A DNA stretch of 64,000 nt from Deinococcaceae bacterium (GTDB lineage: Bacteria; Deinococcota; Deinococci; Deinococcales; Deinococcaceae), in assembly GCA_046327935.1 (NCBI GenBank), contig JAXLXL010000001.1, forward strand, positions 1,152,386-1,216,385, in the 5' to 3' direction. How positions within the stretch are numbered: the first letter of the stretch is position 1; each line of letters begins with the position of its first letter. Made by a program: the position numbers and the translations under genes. The notes beneath the pieces were generated by a model. That model was given only the letters and a program-made list of their open reading frames with translations. It ran no database searches and was not told the origin of the DNA. Positions 38,137 through 47,478 of the stretch are shown here, one piece after another.

Positions 38137-39137
38137 AGGGATTCAAGGCCATCCATGCTCTGCGCGGCTTTGATGGTTTTTTTGGAACCGGTTTTGAGGT
38201 TAAGTATCGTTAGGTCCTGACCACCCACTTGGCTTCCGACGTAGATTTGGTCTTTATGCACGACAATCTGATCGGAAGAACTGATCGTCTGTGAAAAAGA
38301 AAACAGCTTCTTTGGACTGAATGTTTTAAGGTCGGCGAAAAAGACTGTTTTTCCATCTTCCGATAAAAAATACAATCCTTTTTCATTCATGTGAAATATT
38401 TCGTACCCGTAAATACCCTTTGGTAGAAGTTTCTTACTTTTTTCTTCTAAATTCAAGTCCATTCTGGAAAGATAAAAATTTTTATCTTTTTGAATTTCTC
38501 TATTCACAGCATACAAATCACCTTTAAATTCATATATGCTTCCTATTGACCTACCTGGAAATACTTTCAATTTTGTCGGCTTATTTGACCTTTCATCGAT
38601 CTTGATGATCCCTATTGATCCATCCTCCATGTTTATTGTTTGGTAATAGCTCCCCTTTATTGAAAGATATGATCGAGTCCTCTTTAAGCCACTGTCAATT
38701 TGAGGGAAATACTGTTTAAGGTTGATTACAGTTGCTTTCCCATTCTGGATGACTGCAACTTTGGGACCTGTGGCACAGCCGACAAAGACTTTGCCCGTTG
38801 TTGGACTGACACTCGGGTGAACACCTTGAAATCCTGGAATAAAGTAATCTTTGACGGCATTGCTCTTGAGATCAATGCAAGAAATTGTCTCTGTTTCTTG
38901 CGTACTTTTTGGGCGTGCGTAGGGATTGTAGGCCACACCGGTGATCCAAAGGCAATGGGAATCGACTGCAGCGCCTTGGGTGAGTTTGATTCTGGAATGG
39001 CGAATGGTACGAATGAGACGGCCTTGTGCGTCAAACCACTTGAAGGCAGACTGATCCATTGCAGCGTCGTCTTGCCAATTCACCACATCCCGAACCAAGA
39101 CAGTTGGAGTTCTGTGAGAATCTGTATGGACATTCAT
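38133..39137 (-). CDS. Beta-propeller-like protein, paralog 2 (no signal peptide)
   Basis: Shares a near-identical roughly 165-aa N-terminal block and a 45-aa C-terminal block with the upstream paralog. The central part is divergent and AT-rich. YVTN/PQQ-like blade motifs (GKVFVGCATGPKVAVI). Confidence 0.6.
   Translation of the reverse strand: MNVHTDSHRTPTVLVRDVVNWQDDAAMDQSAFKWFDAQGRLIRTIRHSRIKLTQGAAVDSHCLWITGVAYNPYARPKSTQETETISCIDLKSNAVKDYFIPGFQGVHPSVSPTTGKVFVGCATGPKVAVIQNGKATVINLKQYFPQIDSGLKRTRSYLSIKGSYYQTINMEDGSIGIIKIDERSNKPTKLKVFPGRSIGSIYEFKGDLYAVNREIQKDKNFYLSRMDLNLEEKSKKLLPKGIYGYEIFHMNEKGLYFLSEDGKTVFFADLKTFSPKKLFSFSQTISSSDQIVVHKDQIYVGSQVGGQDLTILNLKTGSKKTIKAAQSMDGLESL
38612..39110. repeat. 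Conserved 5' block of the paralog pair (copy in paralog 2). Its partner is at about 39607-40102.
   Basis: About 0.5 kb at roughly 97% identity between the two genes, GC-normal. Antisense ORFs 38700-39221 and 39695-40156 are mirror images of this repeat. Confidence 0.7.
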
Positions 39138-40192
39138 AGGGATTCAAGGCCATCCATGCTCTGCGCAGCTTTGATGGTTTTTTTGGAACCGGTTTTGAGG
39201 TCAAGTATCGTTAGGTCCTGACCACCCACTTGGCTTCCCACATAAAGCTTGTCTTCCTTGATGAATGTTTTGTAGTACTCTGCATTTTGTTTTTCAAAGA
39301 TAATCCTTTTGAATTTAAAACCATTCAAACTCACCTCAATAAAATACCGCTCATCTTTTAGAAATACAATTTTTTCTTTGTTCAAGAAAATGATGCTTCT
39401 TGGATCTATTGAGTTCGGAATTTTGATCTTCCTTATTGGTTTTATACGGCTGTCTAGAATACCTATCCATGCATCTGATGGATTTTTTATAGATTGAACA
39501 ATTTCATAAAGTTGATCGGTGTTGTGGATGCTTCGTACAGAGTACCCATTTATTGATTGTATTGCTATGGGTTTCTCTGTTTTTTCGTCTATCTGTACAA
39601 GACCTATCCCTCCATTTTTCATATCCACGGTCTGTATATAGTAATGAGAGGACATGTGAATAAATCCGTGCGTGGATTTTAAGCCACTGTCAATTTGATG
39701 GAAATACTGTTTAAGGTTGATTACAGTTGCTTTCCCATTCTGGATGACTGCAACTTTGGGACCTGTGGCACAGCCGACAAAGACTTTGCCCGTTGTTGGA
39801 CTGACACTCGGGTGAACACCTTGAAATCCTGGAATAAAGTAATCTTTGACGGCAGTGCTCTTGAGATCAATGCAAGAAATTGTCTCTGTTTCTTGCGTAC
39901 TTTTGGGGCGTGCGTATGGATTGTAGGCCACACCGGTGATCCAAAGGCAATGGGAATCGACTGCAGCGCCTTGGGTGAGTTTGATTCTGGGATGGCGAAT
40001 GGTACGAATGAGACGGCCTTGTGCGTCAAACCACTTGAAGGAAGACTGATCCATTGCAGCGTCGTCTTGCCAATTCACCACATCCCGAACCAAGACGGTG
40101 GCTGTTTGTGGCATTGGCGGGACTTGACCCGCCGATGTGGGTGTAAGGGCACTTAGGGTGAGACAGAGTGAAAAAACATTTTTGTTGGGCAT
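39134..40192 (-). CDS. Beta-propeller-like secreted protein, paralog 1 (signal peptide)
   Basis: MPNKNVFSLCLTLSALTPTSAG signal peptide. Start ATG 40192. Confidence 0.6.
   Translation of the reverse strand: MPNKNVFSLCLTLSALTPTSAGQVPPMPQTATVLVRDVVNWQDDAAMDQSSFKWFDAQGRLIRTIRHPRIKLTQGAAVDSHCLWITGVAYNPYARPKSTQETETISCIDLKSTAVKDYFIPGFQGVHPSVSPTTGKVFVGCATGPKVAVIQNGKATVINLKQYFHQIDSGLKSTHGFIHMSSHYYIQTVDMKNGGIGLVQIDEKTEKPIAIQSINGYSVRSIHNTDQLYEIVQSIKNPSDAWIGILDSRIKPIRKIKIPNSIDPRSIIFLNKEKIVFLKDERYFIEVSLNGFKFKRIIFEKQNAEYYKTFIKEDKLYVGSQVGGQDLTILDLKTGSKKTIKAAQSMDGLESL
39607..40102. repeat. Conserved 5' block of the paralog pair (copy in paralog 1)
   Basis: See partner block at 38612-39110. Confidence 0.7.
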
Positions 40193-40199
40193 GTTGTCC

Positions 40200-41540
40200 T
40201 CAGGTGCGTTTGAAATCGGCACGCAGAATCAGTTTTCCCTCTTTGTATCCGTTCCAGAGGTGATTGGGCAAAATCGTGCCAAACCACCGAATGGCGTTGG
40301 TTTCCATGATGTTTTTTCCAGCACCGTGGTACCAAGCACCCCACACCAACAAAGAGCAGTAAAACCCTTCGTATTCAGCGTCTTCGTTGTATTTATCCTC
40401 TTGTGGAGACACCAGTAGGCTGTACGGTTTGCCAATTTGTTTTCTCGCCCACTGGACTGCCCAACGTCCCGAGGTTGAATAGACGTCCAAGTAGGCTTGG
40501 CGTTTATGGTAATAGCCTGTGACTATGGCTGTTCTTTCCTCCCTCACTTTTTTTCCCATTCTGGGTGCTTCTGTGAATCGATTGTCTCCCGTTTTTATGG
40601 CTGCGTGTTGCCACCAATCTAGAAGCGATGCCGAGTAGCTCCACACCGTGTCGTAATCTTGAAATCCCAAAAAGATGCCACCCTCTTGAATGCAAGAGCC
40701 TTCTGGGCAACTGGTTGCCGCCTGGCTGTTCATCAGGCTTTTGGGCACGACGTCTTGTGGATTGGATGCAATGGCCACCCAAGGTGGTGGACTTCCGGGA
40801 GGTTGCGCCACGATGGTTTTGTAGTACGAGTTTATGGCTCCGTACGGATCAAAGATGAGAACATCGTTGAGTGGAAGAAAGCCGTCTTTGTACCATTGGT
40901 ATTCTGGAGATCCGTATTCTGAGACGTATTTGAATTGATCGGAAAAAGGGTAGAGCCAAGGGTTTTTCTGGATTTGCTCTAGGAAGTACCAAAAAGGCAT
41001 GGCGTCTGTCCGACTGGTGTTCGGATTTTTGAGCTCCACAAGGGCGTGTCTGGGATCTTTACCGGGTTTGACATCATCTCCAATGATTTTGATGGTGTCT
41101 CTGCGGTCGCGGATACTGGCCGTGATGTGGTAATAGCCTTGAGAAGATGAACGTCTGGGAGACATCCAAATGCTGTAGGGACTCAAGGTCGCCACCGCAT
41201 ATTCTGAATTGAGATCCTCAGAACCCTGAGAAACCGGCTGTGGAACACCTGTGCGTGCCTCACCATAGCCATCGTAGTATGTGGCTTGCCAAGAAACCTC
41301 GCTGGCATAACAACCTTCACCGCTGACCCTTGCGACAAATCTGAAATCTTCGGCGCCTGGATAGAGGACCTGATTGCCGTCGACGATTTTGATCGTGCAG
41401 GCTGGAGAAGACGGTGAAGGTGATGGAGAAGGGCTGGGTGTACGGTGGGGTGAACATCCAAAGCAGGCAAGGCTGTTTGATGTGATCGAAAAAGCCAGGA
41501 AAATACCCCAGAATGCAAAACAACGGCGATCAGATTTCAT
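40200..41540 (-). CDS. Secreted protein with Pro/Ser-rich linker and Cys-containing C-terminal hydrolase-like domain
   Basis: Signal peptide MKSDRRCFAFWGIFLAFSITSNSLA, (SP)n linker, and a Trp/Tyr-rich C-terminal domain with FYCSLLVWGAWYHG. AGGAG RBS. Confidence 0.55.
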   Translation of the reverse strand: MKSDRRCFAFWGIFLAFSITSNSLACFGCSPHRTPSPSPSPSPSSPACTIKIVDGNQVLYPGAEDFRFVARVSGEGCYASEVSWQATYYDGYGEARTGVPQPVSQGSEDLNSEYAVATLSPYSIWMSPRRSSSQGYYHITASIRDRRDTIKIIGDDVKPGKDPRHALVELKNPNTSRTDAMPFWYFLEQIQKNPWLYPFSDQFKYVSEYGSPEYQWYKDGFLPLNDVLIFDPYGAINSYYKTIVAQPPGSPPPWVAIASNPQDVVPKSLMNSQAATSCPEGSCIQEGGIFLGFQDYDTVWSYSASLLDWWQHAAIKTGDNRFTEAPRMGKKVREERTAIVTGYYHKRQAYLDVYSTSGRWAVQWARKQIGKPYSLLVSPQEDKYNEDAEYEGFYCSLLVWGAWYHGAGKNIMETNAIRWFGTILPNHLWNGYKEGKLILRADFKRT

Positions 41541-42322
41541 CTCAAGGCTCCTACTTTGATCCATGAACCCAACGGCTGGCTTTGGGCAGAAAGTTTTTGT
41601 GAAGAAAGTGCATAGACATCCAATTGTGTGTCCAGAACATACTGCTTTTGTGGATCCTCGTTTGGTAGATACATCCAGAGGGTCTTGTCTGGATGTTTGA
41701 GAGAGAGGGCTTCTCCATCTGTTTGAGGAACAAACACCCGCTTCCAGAGGTATCGACTGGCAAAATCTCCACGGTTGGATGCCCGGTCAAAACGGGCCCT
41801 CATGTCGTTCATCAGCAAAAAGGATCCGCTGTCTGGGTTGCGATTCCTCGGTTTTTGGCCAAATTGGGTATTGACGGAGACATCCAGAAGTTCCCAGCGA
41901 TCGAGGTCGACCAAGAACATAAGCGTCCAATCGAAGGTTTTGTGCGACAATGGCGCACCGAGAATGAGGAGGCCTTTCATCGTCCCACTTTTGGACGTTC
42001 CAATGTCATCCAGACGAACCACTTCAGAGTTTTCCAGGACAAACATTTTGTCCATGCTGGGAAACGCTTCCCCCAAAGGTTTTCCAAAAGTTGCAGCCTC
42101 CAAAGTGCGCTCGGTTTCATCCAACAGCGCCTGTGGAATGGGTCCTGGTGTGCCCCTCAGAAGCTGTTCTATGGCCGCTTCCGTCAGTTTCGCAAAGGTG
42201 TTTGACCGCTCTGTCATCCCTGTTTGTCCTGTGATGTCGGTTGGCTTCTCGGAAACCAACTGACAGGCTCCCGTCATCGAGAGCAAACTTAGGGCAATGC
42301 CATACTTGAGAATGTTCTGCAT
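41537..42322 (-). CDS. Lipoprotein of unknown function
   Basis: Lipobox LSMTGAC. First gene of a four-gene minus-strand operon (ATGA overlap with the next gene). Confidence 0.55.
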   Translation of the reverse strand: MQNILKYGIALSLLSMTGACQLVSEKPTDITGQTGMTERSNTFAKLTEAAIEQLLRGTPGPIPQALLDETERTLEAATFGKPLGEAFPSMDKMFVLENSEVVRLDDIGTSKSGTMKGLLILGAPLSHKTFDWTLMFLVDLDRWELLDVSVNTQFGQKPRNRNPDSGSFLLMNDMRARFDRASNRGDFASRYLWKRVFVPQTDGEALSLKHPDKTLWMYLPNEDPQKQYVLDTQLDVYALSSQKLSAQSQPLGSWIKVGALR

Positions 42323-42412
42323 TTCTTCTCCTAAATCAAGAATTTTCTAAGAAAAGAATAGTAGATGGTTTTTGGTTTGACAAATCTCGTAAAGTTAGCA
42401 TAAGTTAGCAAT

Positions 42413-43675
42413 ATGGAAAACCCGTCCCGGTTGGGGTATTTCGTGGTCGATCTCGCGCAGGGGAAAGCCACTTTGGACGGAACACCTGTGCCTTGCGGCA
42501 AAAAATGGTTGGAGGTGTGTGCGCTTTTGGCAGATCACTGGAATGCAGATCGGTGGGTGACACGCGAGGACATTGCCCACCTGCCGGGTTGGCGGGGCAC
42601 GTCAATGGCCAGTTTGGGTGCGGCGCTGTATCGGAAGAGCCGAGAACTTTCCATACAGGGTTTTCCGCTTTTTGTTCATCCACAAAGGGGCCAAACACGC
42701 GCCTTGAAGTTGAATGCCGAGTGTGTTTGCGAGGTGTCGGTGGTGAGGGTCCCGATTGTGCAGATCCGTGAACCGGTCGGTCCGTTTTTTCCAGAGCACT
42801 GTGAATTGATTTTGGCAGAGTGTCTTTTTGAAAGGGGTGATTATCAGCGTGTGTTGGCTTTGGTGGCGCCCTTTTTGGAGTCGGCTTCTGTTGTTGACCG
42901 TGTCAGGGCCCATCTGTTCGACGTTTGGGTGAGGGCTTTGACCCTTCCAGAAGAATTGTCGGTTGCTCGGTTTCGAAAGCTGCTGACTGAGTTGGATGCT
43001 GAACCTGTGGCGTGTGCAGCCATCTTGAAAGCCAGAATCTGGATTCAACTGGGACGCTTGGCCCTGCTCAGAGGTGACCTGTTGGAAATGCAAAGAACCT
43101 ACAGTCAGGCCGAGTTTTTCTTGGAACCTGGTGATTTGCGAGAGTGGGTGTCGATTTGGGCGGGTCAAGCCTTGGTGCTCGAGAAAAAGGGTGAGTGGTC
43201 GTCCGCCATGGCCCGGCAGCAACAGGCACTCGATTTGGCGATCAAGGCCAAATGGACTTGGGGAATTCACGTCCAGTACGCAAACATGGGCCGAATTCTG
43301 TTGGGGGCACACCTTCAGGGGCAAGGTGATTTTTTGGATGCCGCCAAGACCGCATTGGTTCAGGGCTTGGAGTTGGCTCTTGCCTTTGGATTTGGTGGGC
43401 AAACCAACCTTTTGGACAGCCTCTTTCGTGTATGGGTGACCGAGCAGGCCTTCGATGGGGCGTGGGATTTTCTCGATCAAATAGAGGCGTTGGTGGAGAC
43501 CTGGTCGTACACGCCGGGTCGAATCCATTTGGCTGAAATGCGCGCAGATATGCATCGGGCTCGTGGAGAGAGCGAACATGCGCGTTCTCAACTCAGGCTT
43601 GCGCTGCAGTGGGCCAGGCATATTGGAGATTCTTCTTCTGCACAGCGAATTCGTGAACAGTTGGCACAATATTAG
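42413..43675 (+). CDS. Transcriptional regulator, OmpR-type winged helix plus TPR-like helical domain (SARP/AfsR-like architecture)
   Basis: N-terminal wHTH resembling trans_reg_C (WVTREDIAHLPGW...LGAALYRKSRELS). C-terminal helical repeats. Confidence 0.5.
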   Translation: MENPSRLGYFVVDLAQGKATLDGTPVPCGKKWLEVCALLADHWNADRWVTREDIAHLPGWRGTSMASLGAALYRKSRELSIQGFPLFVHPQRGQTRALKLNAECVCEVSVVRVPIVQIREPVGPFFPEHCELILAECLFERGDYQRVLALVAPFLESASVVDRVRAHLFDVWVRALTLPEELSVARFRKLLTELDAEPVACAAILKARIWIQLGRLALLRGDLLEMQRTYSQAEFFLEPGDLREWVSIWAGQALVLEKKGEWSSAMARQQQALDLAIKAKWTWGIHVQYANMGRILLGAHLQGQGDFLDAAKTALVQGLELALAFGFGGQTNLLDSLFRVWVTEQAFDGAWDFLDQIEALVETWSYTPGRIHLAEMRADMHRARGESEHARSQLRLALQWARHIGDSSSAQRIREQLAQY

Positions 43676-44034
43676 GGCAAGGCGTCTTTTGCGAGCCAGG
43701 TTCGCCACTGTGTCTCGGCGTCCCCAATACTCAAGTGTTTTCCGAAGCGTACCAACGGCAATATCAGCAAGTCGGGGTGTTCCTGAATGTGCTCAATCAG
43801 GCGTTCCTCGCTCAGGCGCATGTATTCTAGGCCCAGTTTCGAGTAGCTTTTGCTCGAGGTGTCGAGGAGGTTTTGCAGGCTCTTTTCCTTTTGTACAAAG
43901 CGACCGAGTTCCCCTTTGGCAATGGGTCGGTCGAGCAGATCGACAAAGTGAACAAAAATACGGCGTTCCTTGAAAAATCGCTCTGCCTTGCGGGTAACCG
44001 AGGATTTCTTGAGGCCAAAAATTTGAACGTCCAT
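43672..44034 (-). CDS. ArsC/Spx/YffB-family thioredoxin-fold protein lacking the catalytic Cys
   Basis: MDVQIFGLKKSSVTRKAERFFKERRI matches the family fold, but the CxxC/Cys position is Ser. Confidence 0.5.
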   Translation of the reverse strand: MDVQIFGLKKSSVTRKAERFFKERRIFVHFVDLLDRPIAKGELGRFVQKEKSLQNLLDTSSKSYSKLGLEYMRLSEERLIEHIQEHPDLLILPLVRFGKHLSIGDAETQWRTWLAKDALP

Positions 44035-44064
44035 GGTCTTTCCAGAATACGTCACAATGGATGG

Positions 44065-44763
44065 GTGCGTGTTCCTTTGCTCATTTTTATGGTTTCAATG
44101 CTCGCCCAGCCCGTTGAGGACAACAACCGAGACGGCTACCCCGATGTTGCACAGCTGCACAGTTTCAGTGAGCGTCAGAACTTTTTGCGTTGGTTTGCGG
44201 CCATTGCCGAGAGTCAGTACAGTGCGCCAAATGCGGATTGGACAGAGCGGGATTGTTCTGGATTGCTACGGTATGCCTACGTGGAAGCGCTCAAGCCAAA
44301 AATACCCTCTTGGTGGAAAAAATTCAAGTATTTTCCAGATCAAAACATCCCACCACTGTCTTTGAGTTTCCCTCTACCTGTTCTGGGCGATCAGGTGTTT
44401 CGGATCACAGGGGGTGCCTTTGCCAAAGAAGACATTGCCAAGAAACACTTTGTCAAAGAGGCCAGTGCCGGATACCTCATGCGCTATGCCACCGTTTTCC
44501 TGGGAAAAGACCCAAAGAAGGCACAGCGCGGTGATTTGCTTTTTTTCCTTCATCCACTCGCGGAGGGTCCGGCCTACCACAGCATGGTGTATTTGGGAAA
44601 TGGCCGTGTCGTTTACCACACAGGTGCGTCTGTGGAATCGGGCGGTCAAGTTCGGCTGCTGTCCCTTCAGGCACTTGGGCGACATCCCGATCCCAGTTGG
44701 CACCCCAATGTCAATAACCCCCGATTTCTGGGTTTTTTCCGTTGGAAAATGGCTGCCGATTGA
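44065..44763 (+). CDS. Secreted DUF1175-like protein
   Basis: GTG start gives signal peptide MRVPLLIFMVSMLAQP. Conserved DCSGLLRYAY motif. Confidence 0.45.
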   Translation: MRVPLLIFMVSMLAQPVEDNNRDGYPDVAQLHSFSERQNFLRWFAAIAESQYSAPNADWTERDCSGLLRYAYVEALKPKIPSWWKKFKYFPDQNIPPLSLSFPLPVLGDQVFRITGGAFAKEDIAKKHFVKEASAGYLMRYATVFLGKDPKKAQRGDLLFFLHPLAEGPAYHSMVYLGNGRVVYHTGASVESGGQVRLLSLQALGRHPDPSWHPNVNNPRFLGFFRWKMAAD

Positions 44764-44769
44764 GGGGTC

Positions 44770-45705
44770 TTATTCCAAAATCCGGTCAATTTCTTGGAGG
44801 GTCTCGGCATCGAGTGTGACGCGTTTGCCCAGCGACGCTTCGAGCTGTTCAACCCGTGTGGCTCCGACAATGGCACTTGACACACCCGGCTGGCGCAACA
44901 CCCAAGACAGTGCCAATTGCGTGCGGGAAATACCCAATCCATCGGCAATGTCCTTGAGTTTTTGGACCTTGAGACGGTTTTCTTCCGTCGCCAATTCCCG
45001 TCCAATTTGTGTGTCGGTCAGTCGACTTCCGGGCTTGAACCCTTCATCGAATTTGCCAGTGAGCATGCCCATCGCAAGCGGACTCCAAACCACCAAGCCG
45101 ATGCCTTGATCGAATGTACATGGCAGTATTTCCTGTTCCACACGCTTTCTGTAGAGCATTGAATATTGGGGTTGTTCCACCACAGGCGGGTAAAGTCCAT
45201 TGCTTTTGGCAAAATCAACCGCCTGCGTGATCTGAGATGCAGACCATTCACTCGTTCCCCAGTACAAAATCCGCCCCGTGCGAACCAGGTGATCGAATGC
45301 CATGACTGTTTCCTCGATGGGTGTTTCTGTGTCAAATCGGTGTGCAAAGTAGAGGTCCAGGTAATCGAGCCCCAGACGCTTGAGGCTGCCGTCAATGCTT
45401 TCGAGAATGTGTTTTCTCGAAAGCCCTTTGCCATTTGGGTGGTCCCACATCGTCCAGTACACCTTGCTGGAAATCACATAGCTGTGTCTGGGAAACTCCC
45501 TGAGGACCGAACCCATCAGTTCTTCGCTTTTGCCTTTTGCGTAAATATCAGCCTGATCGAAAAAATTAACACCACTGTCGTAAGCCTTGAGGATAATGTT
45601 GCGCACACTTGTTTCATCGTTTACCGAAAAACCGAATGTGGCCCACCCACCCAAACTGACTTCACTGACTTTGAGTCCACTTTTGCCCAATCTTCTGTAT
45701 TCCAT
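44770..45705 (-). CDS. Aldo/keto reductase
   Basis: AKR signatures: GxW...FDTA-like, IGVSN-like, catalytic tetrad context. Confidence 0.85.
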   Translation of the reverse strand: MEYRRLGKSGLKVSEVSLGGWATFGFSVNDETSVRNIILKAYDSGVNFFDQADIYAKGKSEELMGSVLREFPRHSYVISSKVYWTMWDHPNGKGLSRKHILESIDGSLKRLGLDYLDLYFAHRFDTETPIEETVMAFDHLVRTGRILYWGTSEWSASQITQAVDFAKSNGLYPPVVEQPQYSMLYRKRVEQEILPCTFDQGIGLVVWSPLAMGMLTGKFDEGFKPGSRLTDTQIGRELATEENRLKVQKLKDIADGLGISRTQLALSWVLRQPGVSSAIVGATRVEQLEASLGKRVTLDAETLQEIDRILE

Positions 45706-45742
45706 GGGAGTATCGTAGCATCAACCTCTGACCTTCTGGGAT

Positions 45743-47122
45743 TTACGTTTTTGCGATCGTGCTTGGCGCAATGCCCCATTTCGACATCATTTCCGCTGCA
45801 ATATCTCGGAAAATCGGAGCCGCAACTTGGGATCCGTGGTGCAGTTTTTTGGCACCGTACACCATCACAACCATGGTGACCCTTGGGCGTTCGAGTGGAA
45901 ATATACCGGCAAATACACTGCTGTAGATGTCATTGCTGTAGCGCCCGCCAACAGCGACCTGGGCCGTTCCGGTTTTTCCACCGAGATCGTATCCATTGAT
46001 TCCCGCTTGATGGGGAAGGCCTTCTTCGACGATATGGCGCAAAAGATCGCGGCTGAGCTCCGTCGTTTTCTCGTCAAGGACGCGGCGGGGTTCGGATGTC
46101 TGCTCGTGTAGGACCAGTTGGGGTGGAACGAACTCACCGTCGCTGGCGATCACGTTGTAGGCAGATGCAATTTGAAGCGTTGTTGCGGACATACCTTGGC
46201 CGAAAGAGTTGGTCGCGCGTCCGATCAGTCCCCAACTGCGCCAATCGTTGAGTTTGCCGTCGGCCACGTAGACATTGCCCAGTGTCGGACGGTTGCCGAA
46301 TCCATACTGATCAAAGTAGTCGTGGAGACGCTCTGGCGGAAAGTTCTCGACCAAATGGCTCATCCCAACGTTGCTGGAGTAGCGCAAAATGCCGTAAAGG
46401 TTGAGGTTGTATTTTCCCTTGGGCCTGGCCACCACATCGTGAATGGTTTTGCGGCCCACTTTTCGGGTCATGGGACAGGGGTATTCACGGTTCATGTCGG
46501 TTGCACCATCGTTGAGCAGTGCGGCGACTGTCAGGGCTTTGACGACACTTCCCGGTTCAAATTCATCGAGGAGTGCGTGGTTTCGGGTTGCGACGGGGTT
46601 GTAGTGCTCGCGAACGGGTTTGAGTTCTCCCCATTTGTTGGTTTCCCAGCGGTCCGGATTGGGGTCGAATGCCGGGTAATTCGCAACCGCAAGGATTTTT
46701 CCAGTGTGTACATCCAGGGCGACAATGGAGCCAAATTCGGCGTCTTGTTCGACCACCTTTTGGGCCAAAACCGATTCGGCCACAGATTGGAACGTGGTGT
46801 CGAGTGTTATCACAACGTCTTTTCCGGCTTCGAGGCGGTCGTTGTAGGCTTTTTCGAGCCCTTCAAGGCCGGAATCGCGTCCCATGTAACCGACCACTTG
46901 GCCTGCGAGTGTTTTTTGGGGATAAACGCGTTTTCCTTCAACTGTTTCTGCGAGGACGGTGCCACTTTCGGTCAAAATCCGACCGCGCTCGACGGTTGCC
47001 AAGTGGACTTTGGGTTTGGGCAAACTGAGTTCGATTTGAGCGTAGGCGTACACCATGCCCACGAACACCAACAGAAAGAAGGCCAGCAACATCTTGGAAC
47101 GAATTCTCAGTTTGACTTCCAT
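45743..47122 (-). CDS. ftsI: Peptidoglycan D,D-transpeptidase (class B PBP, FtsI-like)
   Basis: SxxK (S-VVK), SSN (YSSNVGM) and KTG (GKTGTAQV) motifs. dcw-cluster position. Confidence 0.8.
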   Translation of the reverse strand: MEVKLRIRSKMLLAFFLLVFVGMVYAYAQIELSLPKPKVHLATVERGRILTESGTVLAETVEGKRVYPQKTLAGQVVGYMGRDSGLEGLEKAYNDRLEAGKDVVITLDTTFQSVAESVLAQKVVEQDAEFGSIVALDVHTGKILAVANYPAFDPNPDRWETNKWGELKPVREHYNPVATRNHALLDEFEPGSVVKALTVAALLNDGATDMNREYPCPMTRKVGRKTIHDVVARPKGKYNLNLYGILRYSSNVGMSHLVENFPPERLHDYFDQYGFGNRPTLGNVYVADGKLNDWRSWGLIGRATNSFGQGMSATTLQIASAYNVIASDGEFVPPQLVLHEQTSEPRRVLDEKTTELSRDLLRHIVEEGLPHQAGINGYDLGGKTGTAQVAVGGRYSNDIYSSVFAGIFPLERPRVTMVVMVYGAKKLHHGSQVAAPIFRDIAAEMMSKWGIAPSTIAKT

Positions 47123-47478
47123 TGTGTGATCATCTCCAGTTTGGGTAAGAGAGAGGTTTGGGGTGTGGGTCGGTTCACGGACGCAAAGGTTGCGGTGCGT
47201 TTCGGTGCTTTGCTGAAGGGAACCATGCCGTGACTCAGCGCGAACGCACGCAAAAACCTCGGTGAAATGAGCGTTTCAACCTCTTGGCGCAGCGCTTTTT
47301 TCTGATCTTCCAGGTTTTGCCGTTCTGTTTGAAGTTGACTCAGGTTGGGGTACAGTGGCGCCGTAACATACCGAATGCCGACCAAAACCATGGCCAGTGT
47401 TGCATAGGCCAATGTGTAGGCAATGGCACGGGTTCTCCATTTTTTCCAGTCCCCGCCCAGGAGCGTCGGATGGGTCAT
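47107..47478 (-). CDS. ftsL: Cell division protein FtsL-like
   Basis: Short bitopic protein with a TM helix then coiled coil, located between rsmH and ftsI. Confidence 0.6.
   Translation of the reverse strand: MTHPTLLGGDWKKWRTRAIAYTLAYATLAMVLVGIRYVTAPLYPNLSQLQTERQNLEDQKKALRQEVETLISPRFLRAFALSHGMVPFSKAPKRTATFASVNRPTPQTSLLPKLEMITQWKSN

Noticed and set aside
38700-40156. Plus-strand ORFs 38700-39221 and 39695-40156 with near-identical translations
   Set aside because: Mirror images of the conserved 5' block of the two minus-strand beta-propeller paralogs. Useful only as evidence for the repeat.
46118-47233. 371-aa plus-strand ORF
   Set aside because: Antisense to ftsI. Gly/Val/His-rich GC-frame artefact.
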